DNA of 64,000 bases from Octopus vulgaris (Eukaryota), in the NCBI GenBank assembly GCA_951406725.2, contig OX597823.1, positions 36,704,001 through 36,768,000 of the forward strand, written 5' to 3'. A program made the position numbers and the translations under genes. Below are positions 36,269 to 50,500 of this stretch, one piece after another. The first letter of the stretch is position 1; every line of letters begins with the position of its first letter. A model generated the notes under the pieces. It worked only from the letters and a program-made list of their open reading frames with translations. It was not told where the DNA came from and ran no database searches.

Positions 36269-37697
36269 CCCATTGTGCCTAGATTGGCTAATTCAGGAAA
36301 AAAAAATTCTTATCTTGGGCTAAAATAATCACCTGATAGAGGTTGGCTCGTTTTGAACCATAATTTTAAGGGCTGTCAGCTGGAACCAAAATTATTTGTT
36401 TTTTCTTTGTTTATGGGTGTCTTGGTTCAAATAACGAAATCAAGGCATATCAACCAAAATTGCCTTTTTGGTGTATTGCAGTTAAAAAATGATTATCTGC
36501 AAGATCTCGCCAGCTTTCAATCCATGACATTTCCAGAAGAATGTCCATCATGTCGCATCCAGCAACTGCTTCGAAACATCGCAACCCAAGTTGTTCTGTT
36601 TGTGGTGAAGTTGGTCACACAGCTTTTTCTTCAAAACATAAGGTGCCTGCTTCGACAGAAGTACAATCAAGAACCATATCACTATATTACTGACTGGTCT
36701 ATGTTACGCATATTTATTGTTTGGCATTGTTGTTTCAATATTTGTTGTGAATAATAAGTGATCACTTTTCACAATTTAGTGCAAATGATTCTGATTTTCT
36801 TTGTGAATCATAGGAGTGTGGGGTTTATTGTATGTTTTCCTTTTTTTGGGGTGGAAGTAGACTATGGTAAAGATTCAATCCAGGGATTTGTTGGGAATAT
36901 TTCTTTTTGTTATCTCATGTTTTGACCCTTCTTCAATTTTGGCGTTAGCAAGGCAAAATCCTCCAAGTTGGAATCTGACCTTCCTAATCAGATTTTTACT
37001 CCATAAAATAGGTTAAATACTAAAAAAAGTGCATTTAAGATAAATTATTTCAAGAAATTTATGAGGTTTTGAATCCATTTTATGTTTCCTGTTTCTATAC
37101 TTGTTTAATCATTTTGGGGGTCAATAACTACCGATTTTACCCAATTTTGGTTGGTTTTGATGTTGAGTACTCAAATTGGAATTATACTTTCTGTGTGGCC
37201 TTTTAACTCCTTTGAACTGATTTTTTTCCACAGTTTACATAAAATGTCGAGGATATCAAATATGTTGGCCCTTAATATGTCAAAATTTGTCATTTAAAAA
37301 AAAAAAAAATCAAGTTTGAGGGGTTTTAGCAAAAATTTGGATATTTCTATCAAAAACTTAAATTTTTCATGCATTCCGTATTTTCTCAGATTTCTCAAAT
37401 TATGCTGGCCTATGCACTCTAGGCTGTAGCTTGACTGAAAGAGAATAAAAAATGCTTTTAAATAAGTTCAAACAAAGGTTAAAGAAAATATGTTCAATTT
37501 TATTTTTTTTTCAAAAAAAAGTAAATTTTGTTAAATTGGCTAACTTTAAAGAACTATGAAATTGAACCGTACATTATTTTAAGCTCAAGTTTTTTGCTAT
37601 GTAATCTCTTGAGTTTAGAGAGCCAGAAAATATGCATTTTAAATATCTGGGAGGAAACTTCCAAAACTGATAGATTCCCTGCTCTGGGCACAATGTG
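36269..37697. mobile_element. Possible non-autonomous DNA transposon with CACATTGTG-type TIRs
   Basis: CCCATTGTGCCTAGA versus the reverse complement CACATTGTGCCCAGA (13/15). The interior lacks SINEs and microsatellites. No clear TSD. Confidence 0.35.
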
Positions 37698-38334
37698 CAC
37701 CACGGGTGCTTTGCAGATGGATTAACCTGTAAATATTCAGGCTGGAGATATGTGCATCAGCTTGGAATATTCACTAAGTTCCTGAGCTATACCCTTTATT
37801 TCCTAAGCTATTGATGAATTTTCATACATATTCACACACACATGCACACACACGCGCATACCACACACACACATGTTGAAGAACTAACACTATTTTGTCC
37901 TTGTAATGAAGTATCAGGGAAATCCAAAGATTGATTTAGAGCAAAGTAGAAAAATGTTTTTAATAATTCTTCTTGAAATAAGGTTGTTTACCTGTATCTC
38001 CCACACTTCCCACTCTCAGCAAGGTATTTTCTATAATTATGCAGTTTAAATTACTTTGTGAATTACTTTTGACCTCTGGTCAATTTCCATTTATTGTGTG
38101 TGCTTCTCTCCAACTGATTTGTGGCTTGGTGCCAATTGAATTATATATATATATATATAGGACAATATGAATATTAGAGCAGTGGATAAAACACCATTAG
38201 ATGTTTACTGACATCCCTTCATTTTCTGTGATTGACTCTTTTCATTACCAAATCAATAAGCACCAATCATGTATCAGAGTAAACCACTCTCCTCCCCCAA
38301 TGTCCGTAGCCTTTTTCTTGCATTACATATCATT

Positions 38335-39030
38335 ATGATGCATTGGTAGATGTGTTAGAGTATCAAAGAAAAAAAAAATGTGTTGTGCTGTTTAGTTATG
38401 GTACTTCATGTTCTGTGTTTAAATACTGTAGAGGTCAACTATGCCTTTCATCCATCCTTTGAGAGTCAATAGAATACAGCTCCAGTGAAGTAGTGGGATT
38501 CATGTAATTGACTAGCTCCCTCTCCCTCCTAGATTGCTGGTCTTGTGCCAAAATTTGAAACCATTATTGGCTGGCAGAATCATTAGCATGCCGGACAAAA
38601 TGCTTAACAGCATTTCATTTGTCACAACATTCTGAGTTCAAATTCCACTAAGGTTGATTTTCATGTGATAAAATAAATACCAGTTCAGTACTGGGGTTGA
38701 TGTAGTCAACTCATTCCCTTCCTCAAACTTGCTGGCTTTGGAGCAAAATTTGAAATCATCATCATCATCATTATTATCATCATCATCATCATTATTATTA
38801 TTATCATCATTATTATTAAGGAGGCAAGCTGGCAGAATTGTTAGCATGCCATATGAAATACTTAGCAGTATTTTGCCTGTCGCTATGTTCTGAGTTCAAA
38901 TTCTGCCAGGGTCGACTTTGCCTTTCGTCCTTTTGGGGTTGATAAAATAAGTACCAGTTGAACATTAAGGTCAATGTAATAGACTCATCTCCACCCCCAA
39001 AATGGCTGCCCTTGTAGCAAAATTTGAAAC
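38335..39030 (+). mobile_element. Three tandem copies of the dominant SINE
   Basis: Head-to-tail copies separated by (ATC/ATT)n. Confidence 0.8.
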
Positions 39031-40261
39031 CATTATTATTATTATTATTTGAAGTTTGGCAGAATAGGCTGATCACAAAAACTAATGGCTTAGAATAGTT
39101 TACCTTTTATCTGATTGAGGGTTTATAAATAAGTACAAGTAGTGTATTAATTGACCAGCATGGTTACATAAAACCAATTTCCTAGTAAGTCTAATTTGTT
39201 TAGAATCATTTCACTTCATATTTATTGGTCAACTTGTGTTGAAGGCATGAATGTCACCTATTCTTCAATTTCATTACCTTCAAACTAAAGATTTGAATAT
39301 CTTTTATATTGGAGGAAACTGTTTGCTGTAGTAATAAATAAATAGTATCGTAATTTTCAAGGTAATTAAGTAATTAATTGAGCTGTTATCTCCTATGTAT
39401 CACATAATTAGAATTATTCCACACCCACTAATTACTGCTAAATTGGTTTCTAAAAGCATTTGATGACCACCACAGTTGAAGGAGAATCCATTATTTCCAC
39501 GATTTTACCACTAAACTTTCACCAACACAGTTTATTTTCTTTTCAGTTCCTCACTGGAATTTTAATAATTGCAACTTGATGTAAGTTGTGCTGATAGTTT
39601 TGTGAAATGGATGCAGTGTACAAGTGGGGACGTGATGAGATGTAGTGTGAGTGAGGGCATAATGTGTTGTGTGACTGATAAAAGAAAAATATAATGAAGC
39701 ACAGTTTCTTAGCATTTTGAGTTTGTTATAAAATCCTTTGGTATGTTTTGATGAAGTTGGCTGTTTGTGAGGGTATACAAATATATGTAAGCCTCTGTGT
39801 ATGTATGAGCCTGTGTGTGTATATGTTTATTAATGAAAATATTTTCAGAGAAAGTTGTAAATAAATTGATAATTAAAATTACAGATAGATAGGAAGAGAG
39901 GTAAATAATCCTGCAGTTACTTGGGTTTTTAGTAGAGATGTTTAGGCTATATAGAACTCTGTCACAGCTGATAGACTGATTATTCTCTTATTATAGCACC
40001 ACCAACTGATAGATTGCTTTATTTTTCATTTTAATAGTTGAACTAGTTTATTTTTTTTAGCTGGTATGGTAATAGTGTCTAAGGAATTGGTTGCTCTTGG
40101 CCAGAGTGAATCTCTATGTATAATTATCTCCACAATTAGACATCTCTCCTCCTCATGGCACATGAAAATATTCCACTTTGTAAACTTTATTCAACTGATA
40201 TTTGTACAACATAGACAACACATCGGCTCCTTCATATCCTAACCTTTTTACTCATTATTAT

Positions 40262-40810
40262 TATTGAGAGAGAGCAGCACAATGCATGCCATCAAAGTAA
40301 CACTGGGGTACAAATATATGAGGCCAAATATACCCATCATGACTAATTGTTTGATAAAGGTATACCAGGCACATGCCTCACAACCATATGTGTGTGACAT
40401 GGTGATCTCATCTCAAGATAAACAGGAGATGACCTTGTAGGTGGGTCCCAATCAAAATTTTTTTCAAGTTGAGTAACCCATCCTGCACAAAAGGTCCTTG
40501 AATGGGGTTTGTTTCAGAATGATGAATGAAACACCCATGTTTTCAGAGTTGAATTATTCAAACTCCAAAGAATTCCACTCAACACATGGCTATGATGCTC
40601 CCCCACTACTCCTGCTTGAGATCAAAGATGCACATATCAGCCACTAAGGGACATGCTCAACTGGTTATGGTCAAGCAACTAACAAGCAAATCTGTGGTAT
40701 TGAGCAGAATATTATACCAAGACAAAACATGTACATGATAACACTTCCAGTCAGTTAAGAGCAAAAGCCATAAGAGCCACAGTTTGGTGTTGCATCAAGG
40801 CATTTATTGT
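40262..40810. mobile_element. Unclassified interspersed repeat
   Basis: 40265-40385 is found inverted at ~47590-47695; starts at (ATT)n. Confidence 0.55.
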
Positions 40811-41354
40811 TGTCATCAATAATATTAATACGCTTAGTTTTGTTTGTTTTTGTATGTACCTGTCATGTGTATTACACTTACTCCAAAGGAAGAAGTGAGT
40901 GGCAAGACGAGAGAGGGAGGAGGACAGAGGAAGTAAGTGAGAGAAAAAGAGTGAAAGAGGCAGTGAATGGTGACGGCATTTGTTTTGTGTTTTTGAATGG
41001 TTCAGAGAACAAGTAAGCAAGAGTGAAAGAGACAGTGTTCATTTTGTGTTTTTAAATGTTTATCACATCATAAGAAAATAGATACATAAATCCAAAGGAA
41101 AGTTGATACATACACACAACAAATATTGGATGTCACTTTCACTTTTCATTACCACACAAGGATAAGATTAACTCACTAGTGGCTGAGTACTCCACAGACA
41201 TGCATACCATTAACGTAGTTCTCAGGGTGATTCAGCCTCACACAGAATATGATAAGGCTGACCCCTTTGAATTACAGCTACAACTCATTTTGGCTAGCTG
41301 AGTGGACTGGAGCAAGATAAACCTTCAGGTGGTTGGAAGAACATGAAAAAAGAT

Positions 41355-41364
41355 CCTATATAGG
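41355..41364. promoter_or_regulatory. Perfect palindromic CArG box
   Basis: CCTATATAGG; motif match only. Confidence 0.2.
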
Positions 41365-43198
41365 GGCAGGAAAATCTTTTTAGTTGTTAGGATCACTATG
41401 GTTGTTAATCCAGTCCTAACAGCGGTATTTGTGGGTCTCACAGATTTGGAGGTTAAGCCCCCAGATAAACTGAGTGACGGAATAGTAATTATTTCGCCTT
41501 AGCTTTCACTGCTTATGCTAAACAAATATGGAGCATTTCCTTTTCTCTCACTCTTTTTTAAAAAATGGCACTCTGTAGGTTATGACGACAAGTTTATTGT
41601 GTATCTGATCAATGGAACAATCTGTTTGTAAAATTAACACACAAGTGGCTGAGCACTCCACAGACATGCATACCAAAATGTAGTTTTCAAAGATATTCAG
41701 CCTCACACACAATGTGACATGGTTGACCCTTTGAATTACAGCTACAACTCATTTTTGTCAGCTGAGTGGACTGCAGCAAGATCAAGTAGAGTACCTTGCT
41801 CAAAAACACAGTGCACTGCAGGGAATTGTACTCATGACTTCATGATTGTGGGCAGAAATACCCCTAACTGCTGAGCCATGCACCTTCACTCTCTTAACCA
41901 AAGAGAAAAGGAATGAAGTGATACAGACAGAGAAAGGAAAGCCTCAGTCATTTACAATGACAATTAGACTGAAATGCGATCAATCTTTTCTAGCTTTTCT
42001 ACTTTTAACAAAGAAAAAGAGAGAAAGACAATTAGTAATGAATAGACGGAAAGTCTTTGAAGTGTTTACGTTTTTATGCTGTGAATTCTAGAACGATCGA
42101 GTGTTAGTTCTCTCTTCTTTCCTCTACCCTTGGTACTTATTCACCTCCTTTCATAGTTCTTCATGTCTTTTAGTTGGGGGGGGGGAGACCATGTTTTTTT
42201 CAGGCAAGTTTAACGTTTTCTCTACAAACTACAAACAAGCCCCCCCCTTTTTTTCGTGCAAAGACTAATGCAAATTTCAAACAGGGTACAGTTGTGAAAA
42301 GAGCCTAGAAATTTGAGTAATACCTCTTACAAAATGGGTGGGGGAGAAAAGTGGCCAACAAGTAGCTACATGAAATTCAACTCTATACTTTAAAGAGTGC
42401 CTTCTACTATAACCTCTGGCTGACCAAAACCGCATGAGTGAATTTGGTAGACAAAAACTGAAAGGAGCCCGTTATATATGTGTGTGTCTGTGTTTGTGTG
42501 TCCCCCCACCCCCTGTTGTTTGACATCTGATGTTGGTGTGTTTGCCTCTTTGTAACTTAGCTGTTCAGCATGAAGAGACTGATAGAATAAGTACCAGGCT
42601 TATAGTGAAAAAGTTCAGGGATCGATTTCTTTGATTAGAGAGCGGTGCTCCAGCACAGCCACTGTCAAATGACAGAAACAAATAAAAGAATACCAGAAGA
42701 ACATTCTGTACTATTAAATCAAGAAGGTTCTTTGAATATGCATGTTGTATTTTAAGGCTAAATAGTAATTCTGTTTATGTTTGCATAATGAGATATTTTG
42801 GTTGGATGATATCGTTATTGGTTTTACACTTCTTTCTATATTCTGTAACTGTCACAATATAGAAACATTTCTCATGGCACCAGAAGCTTACATTTTTTAT
42901 GTTTACTGTGAATTTTTCATGGGTCCAGCTAGTTGTTATTATTATTATTATGACGACTGCAACGGTGAAGAAGCTGGTGAGCTTGCAGAATTGTCAGACA
43001 AAATGTTTAATGTCATTTCTTCTGGCTCTTTACATGCTGGGATCAAGTTTGCCTTTCATCTTTTTTTTTTGGGGGGGGGGGGGTAAAGAAAGTTCCAGCT
43101 GTTCTATACAAACACAGAACAGTGAACATTAGAATGATGATAATGATACATATATATTTTGGTGTGTGTATGTGTGTGTATAGATAGAAATAGATATG

Positions 43199-43260
<62 letters not shown>

Positions 43261-43262
<2 letters not shown>

Positions 43263-43900
43263 GGGTGCATCAGTATTTTGATGTCATTTGTAGGAATGAA
43301 GAAAAAGAAGTTTAGCACATCAAAGAAAAACTTTGATGAAATGAAAATTGGTACAAATAATTTTGAAAGTCCTTACAATAGTTCTGTTCAATAAATCCAC
43401 CATTAGCCTTAATGATGGCTTTAGTTCAGGTCTGAAGAGTTGACATGAATGAATCAGATGATCTTTATCAATTTTGGACATAATCTTTATTATAGCGGAT
43501 TTGAGAGATTGAATGGTATTATGAGAGTGTTGATTGACCTTTCTTTCGATGATGCCCCATACGTAATAGTTCAGTGGGTAGAGGTCGGGTGAGTTAGGGG
43601 ACCATGTGTCCAGGATGATATGATCGTGGAAATTGGTAAGCATCCAAGCTTGGGTTGTTTTAGCCTTATGAGATGGTGCAGAGTCTTGTTGGAAGATGTA
43701 AGATTAAAGTTCTTCTTATCAGAGAAAAACCAAAGCATTCCAGTTTCTTGATGTTTCAAAATGTAGAGCAAGCACTTTCCACAGATCAAGCAATTATCTT
43801 TCGTTGTACTTGATATGAACTGACCTCTTCACATCACATACAACCTGTAACGGATATCTTTATGCACCATCTTGTGTTGTGAGGTTTTTGTGTGTAAACA
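43261..43900 (-). mobile_element. Deleted Tc1/mariner-superfamily (maT/DD37D-like) transposon
   Basis: WFFSDKKNF and WSPNSPDLYPLNYYVWGIIERKVN...LKSAI motifs; end TA|CAGGGTG at 43259-43267. Confidence 0.8.
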
Positions 43901-44229
43901 GGTTTAATGAAAAGATTAAAAAAATCATTTTGATAATGTGTAATCCTCAATAAGGGCTGCTCATAGAAAATCCCATAAAACCATGGTTGCCTTGACTTCT
44001 AGGGCAGGTGCCTTTTCTCATTTCCTCGCCTCTGATTACAGACATATACTCAGAGCAGGCCCATTCACTTGCACCATGCTCACCACTCTCATCCACCCTT
44101 CAGCTGCGTGACTGTCAGAATGTGTCCCTTCCACAAGAAGCAAAAAAATATATACTCCATTGCAATCAAATGAGGACTAGAACACGGCATGACAGTCAGG
44201 TGGTAATAGATGATGGATGTGATGTATGC

Positions 44230-45635
44230 ATTAGCCACCTCAGTCTGATCTTTCAGGGATAGTTTCCTCTTGGCTCATTTCTGGGTAAGATTCGTCATCC
44301 TGCTTGTTATCTTGTCTCAGTTTTTGTCCTCTGGGGGTCTGGACCAAAGCAGACCCTGAGCAATTTAACTGGTCCATCCATCCATCCAGTATCCAATGAA
44401 GCATAGACTTGCTTCTCCTAGTTAACCTCTGCTCCTTATATCACATAATCCCTGATAACAGTGCTGATTATCTCAATGTATTTACTTTCCAACACCTAAG
44501 GTGATGTCAGTATATGCTGACATGGATCTCCTACATCCTAGGTCATGTGTGATGTCCTTACTGTCTCCAACTTGTGTTGTAGTAGCTTGAGAGTCAGTAT
44601 GAGAGGGTGAGAGGTGAGGAAACCTTGGCAGATTGAGCGCTTGATGTTGACTGTTTCTGAGCGGTGACTGTTCACTTTGATAACTGAACTGATGTCACTG
44701 TGTATTGCAGTGATCCATCTTCTGAATACAGGCCTGAAACTGGCTGCCTTGAAGACTGCTGCCATGTACAGCTTATTGACTCTATTGAAAGCTTAGGATT
44801 GATGTAAATTGATTGGGGCTCCACCGTTGCCAGATTCTTTAGCCACTTTCTCTATGATGTATCACGTAAGGTTGTTGTGGATGAATCTTTTTGGGATGGC
44901 ACACATCTGCACTTCTACCAAACCACTGACGACAAGTACCAACCTTGTAGCTAACACCTTGGAATAATGATGATGATGATAATAATAATAATAATGATTT
45001 CATTTATTTGCCAAAATGATGAAGGATGAGGGGGGTAGAATACAAAGACAGACAAAGTGTGGGGGTTAACATATAATGAAATGATAAAAAAAAAAATTCA
45101 AAAATGAAAGAAAGAAAGTATTCAGAGTATACACTGAAAAAGAAGAGGCATATGCATAGCATATAAAGGTTTTTTTTAAAAAAGTGGCAGGGAGGATGAT
45201 AGAGATGTGACCCTCCTGGTACAGGAAGGCCTCTAGGGATAATCAAGGAACCCCACTGTCTAAGATTTCCCTGAAATCCCAGGAGCAATTACCCTCTCCA
45301 ATTCCTTTTCTCTGACTCACAGGTCTACACTCAGAGAGGTACCAGCCACTCCTGCCATTTTCACAACTTTCACCCACCTTTCAATAAACTCACTCGAGGA
45401 CAGCACTTCCCTCTCCACTCTCAACTTCCTTTTCAAGTGAAACTTGAAGAAGCCAATGAGAGCTCCACCAAAGAGGAATTTACCTGTCCTCATGCCTTTC
45501 AGCCTTGTCCTATAAGCAACCTCTTTCGCTACAGCCACCAGGCAAAGGAAAACTACCTTGCCTGCTTGATTGAAGGAGGGTGGTGGTGCAATCATCGTTA
45601 CAGACTCGGCCAACAGACAGATCCATCCCACTCAT
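44230..45635 (-). mobile_element. Tx1/L1-like LINE fragments (RT 44430-44960; 3' end 45000-45635)
   Basis: KAFNRVN..MAAVFKAASFRPVFRRWITAIHSDISSVIKVNSHRSE..IKRSICQG, and C-terminal VAVAKEV...FFKFHLKRKLRVER..FIERW. Confidence 0.75.
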
Positions 45636-47269
45636 GAAAGCAGCTGTTCGACATAACCCCACAAGTCAGCAATGCCCAGACACTGAACAAGGGTGTGTAA
45701 TAATAATAATAGCAATTACTATTACTGTTATGATTATTATTCTGCTGAGGTCGATTTTGCCTTTCATTTTGTTCAATTAAGTACCAGTTGAGTACTGGGG
45801 TTACTGCAATTGACTAGCTTTCTCCCTTGAACTTGCTGGTCCTTACCAAAATTTTAAATTATTATTATTATTATTATATTCCTAATTGAGTGAAAAATTA
45901 TGTTAGGAATAGAACTGAAGTGAAATTTCTAAAATAGGGTTAACTCTTTTACTGCCGAAATCTGAAATATCCCTATGCGTAGTAAGCAGTTTTATATACC
46001 AATCTATATTTTGTTGAGGGAAACCATATTTGACATTGATTTTTTTTTTTTTTTTGAGGTATGTCAAGTTTATTCAGTCACTTGCAGAAAAATCTGACTA
46101 TTTTTGGAATATTTAACATAATTTCTGGAATAACCATGAAATTTAATTTCAATATAAAAGGGTTAAAGAGGTTTGACTTTTCTCCAAATAGTCTTTGGTC
46201 TCAAGTATGTAAAGGGATGTAACATAACACTATAAGGTATTCTTTGTCAATTCTATCTCTTTAATTGCCAATGGCACAATACAATCAATATGTGCAAACT
46301 GGTGTTTTACTCGATTTACCTCAGTATATATCTGATACCTGACTGGTTTACTATTGGGAACATGAAGAAGGTGGTAGGAAATACTAGATCTTGTCAGATG
46401 TGCAATTGTTTAACTGTCACTTAACTAATTACTGCTTGACCCCATAACATATCGAGCTTAGATGAATAAAGAGTCAATAGATGTATACTAGCCATGTATC
46501 TGTGTGAGGCTGTATGGGCTGTCGTATTGATGTCATAATGTTAATGTCTCATTTAGAAAGTTGTTATAAGCAGTATTTTAATTATGAGTTGGTAGCAGAA
46601 ATATATACGCAAAACAAGGTTGAATTTATAAAAGGGTTTAAAGCAAAATAAATATATAAATATAAGGAATTAAGATTAATATTAACATTTAAAAAAAAAA
46701 TCATTGATAAATGCATCCTTCTCCAAAAATTGTCTGCTGAGAGTTACCTCCCTTAACATTGATCGTCTTTATTGTTGCTATTTTGAATGTTTTGTCATCA
46801 GTAACCACCTCCTCACTGAATACGATCGCCCCCTAATGTCACAATGTATCTTTTTATTCCTTCGAAAACAGCGTGATGGTCGGGGAGTCACGACATATTC
46901 TATTGATATGCTTAGCATTCCTAGATGTTTATCTATAATCGCGTGTCGTGTACGTAAACAACTCCATGTTATTTAGTAAACACTGTTTCTTAAAATCGGC
47001 AATATTTAACCTCTTTAGAAAATAATCACAGCGGCATCAACAGAAGTAGTTAATCATGGTTTATGATTCGGGCACAAGGCCAGCAATTTTGAGGGGAAGA
47101 GGTTAGTCGATATCTTCGACCCCCAGTCCTTGACTTTTATTTTATTTTACCAAAAGGATGAAAGGCAAAGTTGACTTTGATGGGATTTGAATGTAATGAG
47201 CCAAATAATAATAATAATAAAATAATAATAATAATAATAATAATAATCACAGGCGAAAAGATAGATAGA

Positions 47270-47580
47270 TACAACCCTCTTAAGTACGAAACAGTCTGGT
47301 GAAAATAGTGCCAATTGTTGTTGGATCCTTAGGAACAGTATCAAAAGGCATCAAGAGGAATATAAAGTAAATTGGAATAGAGTCCCAGTAGAACTGTTAC
47401 AAAAGGTTTGCCTCCTTGGTACAGCCAGAATAATCAGGAAAGTATTAGGTAGCTGAAAAGAATGAATAGCATGGTACTGTAGTAATAGCATGGTACAGTT
47501 AGTAAGCCTGCTACGCACACAAGACTCCAGGAGCTCCAACAAAACATGTGATAAAGAAAAAATATAAATAATAATAATAA
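47270..47580 (+). mobile_element. R4/Dong-like LINE 3' end (second family)
   Basis: PVELLQKVCLLGTARIIRKVL followed by an (AAT)n tail. Confidence 0.7.
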
Positions 47581-50500
47581 TCACATAAGGTTGTGTTACA
47601 TGTGCCTGGTGTACTCTTATCAGATGGGTATATTGGGCTTTGTATATTTGTACCCCAGTGTCACTTCAATGGTATGCGCTGCTCTCTCACTTGATAATGA
47701 TAATAATCCTCCCTAATATAGGCACAAGGCCTGAAATATGGAGAAACGAGCTAGTCAATTACATCAACCCCAGTACACAGTACTTATTTCATTGACCCAG
47801 TAAAGATGAAAGACAAAGTTGACCTCAGTAGAATTTGGACTCAGAATGTAGAGACAGATAAAATTCCACTCATTTTGCCCAGTATGCTAATGATTTTGCC
47901 AACTCACCAGGTGCAGGCATGGCTGTGTGGTAAGAAGTTTGCTTTCCAACCACATAGTTCCAGGTTCAGTCCTATTATGTGACACCTCGGGCAAGTACCT
48001 TCTATTATAGTCTTGGATCGCCCATGTTGTTTGTCTCCCATCACCAGTGTTGGTGTATTTACGTCCCTGTAACAGTTCAGCAAAAGTGACCAATAGGATA
48101 AGTAACAGGCTTTAACAATAATAAGTACTGAGTTTCATTCTTTTGACTAAAAGTTCTTTTGTGTGATGCCCCAGCGTGGCTGTGGCTATTGACTGAAACA
48201 TGTAAAAGATAAATAATAATATTTGTTTCTGGCATAGATATGCTGTAGTCCAAGTTAGGTGTAATCAGGTTGTTGTAAGTTTTTTTCTTTTTCTTTTTTT
48301 TTGTAAGATTAGTATCATTAAAATGTTTTCAAATAAGATGTTTGAAATGTATTCTGTCTTAACAGCATCTTAACTTGTGACCTGGGAAGCCTGCGAGATG
48401 CTTCAAATTATAATAATTATTAGTGTTCTGAGGAAAATGTATAATATCTTACTTATTTTGCAATACATGTGTGTATATCAGTGTGTGTGCATGTGTGTAT
48501 TGTCTGAGTCTGTCTGTCCATCTATGCATCTAAACTATTTCTAAAAATATAAACCTGCACTTAATGAAAAATGCTATTGTTTACTCGTTATCCTCTCTCT
48601 CTCCCCTCCCTCCTCGCCCCCCTCTCTCTCTCACACACACACGCACGTACATATACACACAAGCTCATAATATATATATCTCCAGTAAAACTCTTTTATT
48701 TTTAATCATAACATTCTTATTTACTTTCTGCCTATTTCTCCCTCAATTTTATTTCACATACAGCTTTATTTATATTAGCAATAGTCATTTTTTTTTTCTG
48801 TTCAGTTATATTTTGTATTTATTTTATTTTTAATTAAAGTATCTTTTTAGTTTTCCTTTGCTAACAATATTTCTATTTAGTAGATGTTCTGTTGTTAACT
48901 AGTTTTGACCACATTATTATTTACTTGAGATAGGATTCTACTCAGATGTAATATTTTTAGAAATTCACTACTTGATAAATTTATAAATTCATATTTGGTT
49001 TTCACCTATTAATCATTGAGAAAGTAAATTTGCTAAAACTGGAAGTCAGTCATCTATATTTCTTTTTACAAAAAAAGAAAAACAAATCAAACCTTGTTTA
49101 GAGTAAGATCCATAATGAACCAATATGACTATCGAGTCATCACCCTGGAGAATAGAATTAAATTCTGTTTGGTGCCAATGCAACCAATTTATAGTTTGCA
49201 CTGGCATTGGTGATATAAGGACAAGTTTTGTTATGATGGAGTGAGGAAGCTAAGTTTAATATCTGACAAATTAAATCATAATATCTGTGTTGGTGGTGGA
49301 ATAAATATAGCTGTTGTATGGATATCTCTTGGCCAGTTAGATTTATTAATTGGGTTTCAACATGAGATAATGCTTGCATTTCATAGCCACGACAAGTGAC
49401 TGGGCAATTTCTACTAGATTGATTATTAATTGATCCATATCTCTGATAACTGTGCTTGTTTCAACAGTTATATGAAACATTTGTGTGAAGTGGGGAACAT
49501 TCAATATCTCCCAAAGTATGTAGTTATAATAAGTCAACAGAACAAATCTTCATCATATCCATTTGGATAGTGGGAGTCTTAAAAAAACAAGATGAAATTG
49601 TAATATATTTGAAAACTATCTTTTTATTGCAAACTATTCTTTAATAAAACATCCTTATTTCTACCCCCAGGGCCTTTTCAGAAAGATAAACTCAAACTAA
49701 TTCTAAAGTTAATTCATTAGCTTGTATTTGATATATATATATATATATATAAATACACATAGTTTGTGTATAGATATATTCTCATCTAGTGCATCGATAA
49801 TTTTAGCCAGCATTTGTAATAATGTTTCCAATGTTTGATATTGCTGTTGGATAGTATTTTCATCTTGTGAGTTGATTGTTTTAGCATTTAGATGTTAATG
49901 ATTCTTCTAATTATTACACACTTAATGGCTGCAAACATTGCTGCTGTGTGTTAGTGGGATAAGACACTGAAGTTACAAATGTGTAATGTTATCTGTTCAT
50001 TAAGTACTCTTCAGAGAAAGTGGTAAATTGGCAGAAGCAGTCAAGCATCAGATAGACTGTCTTGTAGCATTAATTCCAGTTCTTTTTGTTTTGAGTTAAA
50101 ACTCTGTCGAGGTCAACTTTTTCCTTCATGCTTTGGGGCGGGTTTTATCTTTTTGTTTTTACTGGTTTTAGTCATTAGACTCTGGCCATGTTGGGGCACC
50201 ACCTTGAATTTTTTAGTCGAATGAATTGACCAGTATTTATTATTTTTTTTAAAGCCTGGTACTTATTTTATCTCAATGTCTGGTACTTTAAGCCTGGTAT
50301 TTATTCTAACTTAGTGCCAAACCGCTAAGTTATAGGAACGTAAGCACACTAGCACCTCTTGTCAAGTGGTGGAGGGGGACAGTAGAGGCACAAAGATACA
50401 CACATGCCCACACACTCACATAGAGGCTTCTTTCAGTTTCTGTCTACCAAATCCACTCACAAGGTTTTGGTTGGGCTGAGGTTATAGTAGAAGATGCTTG

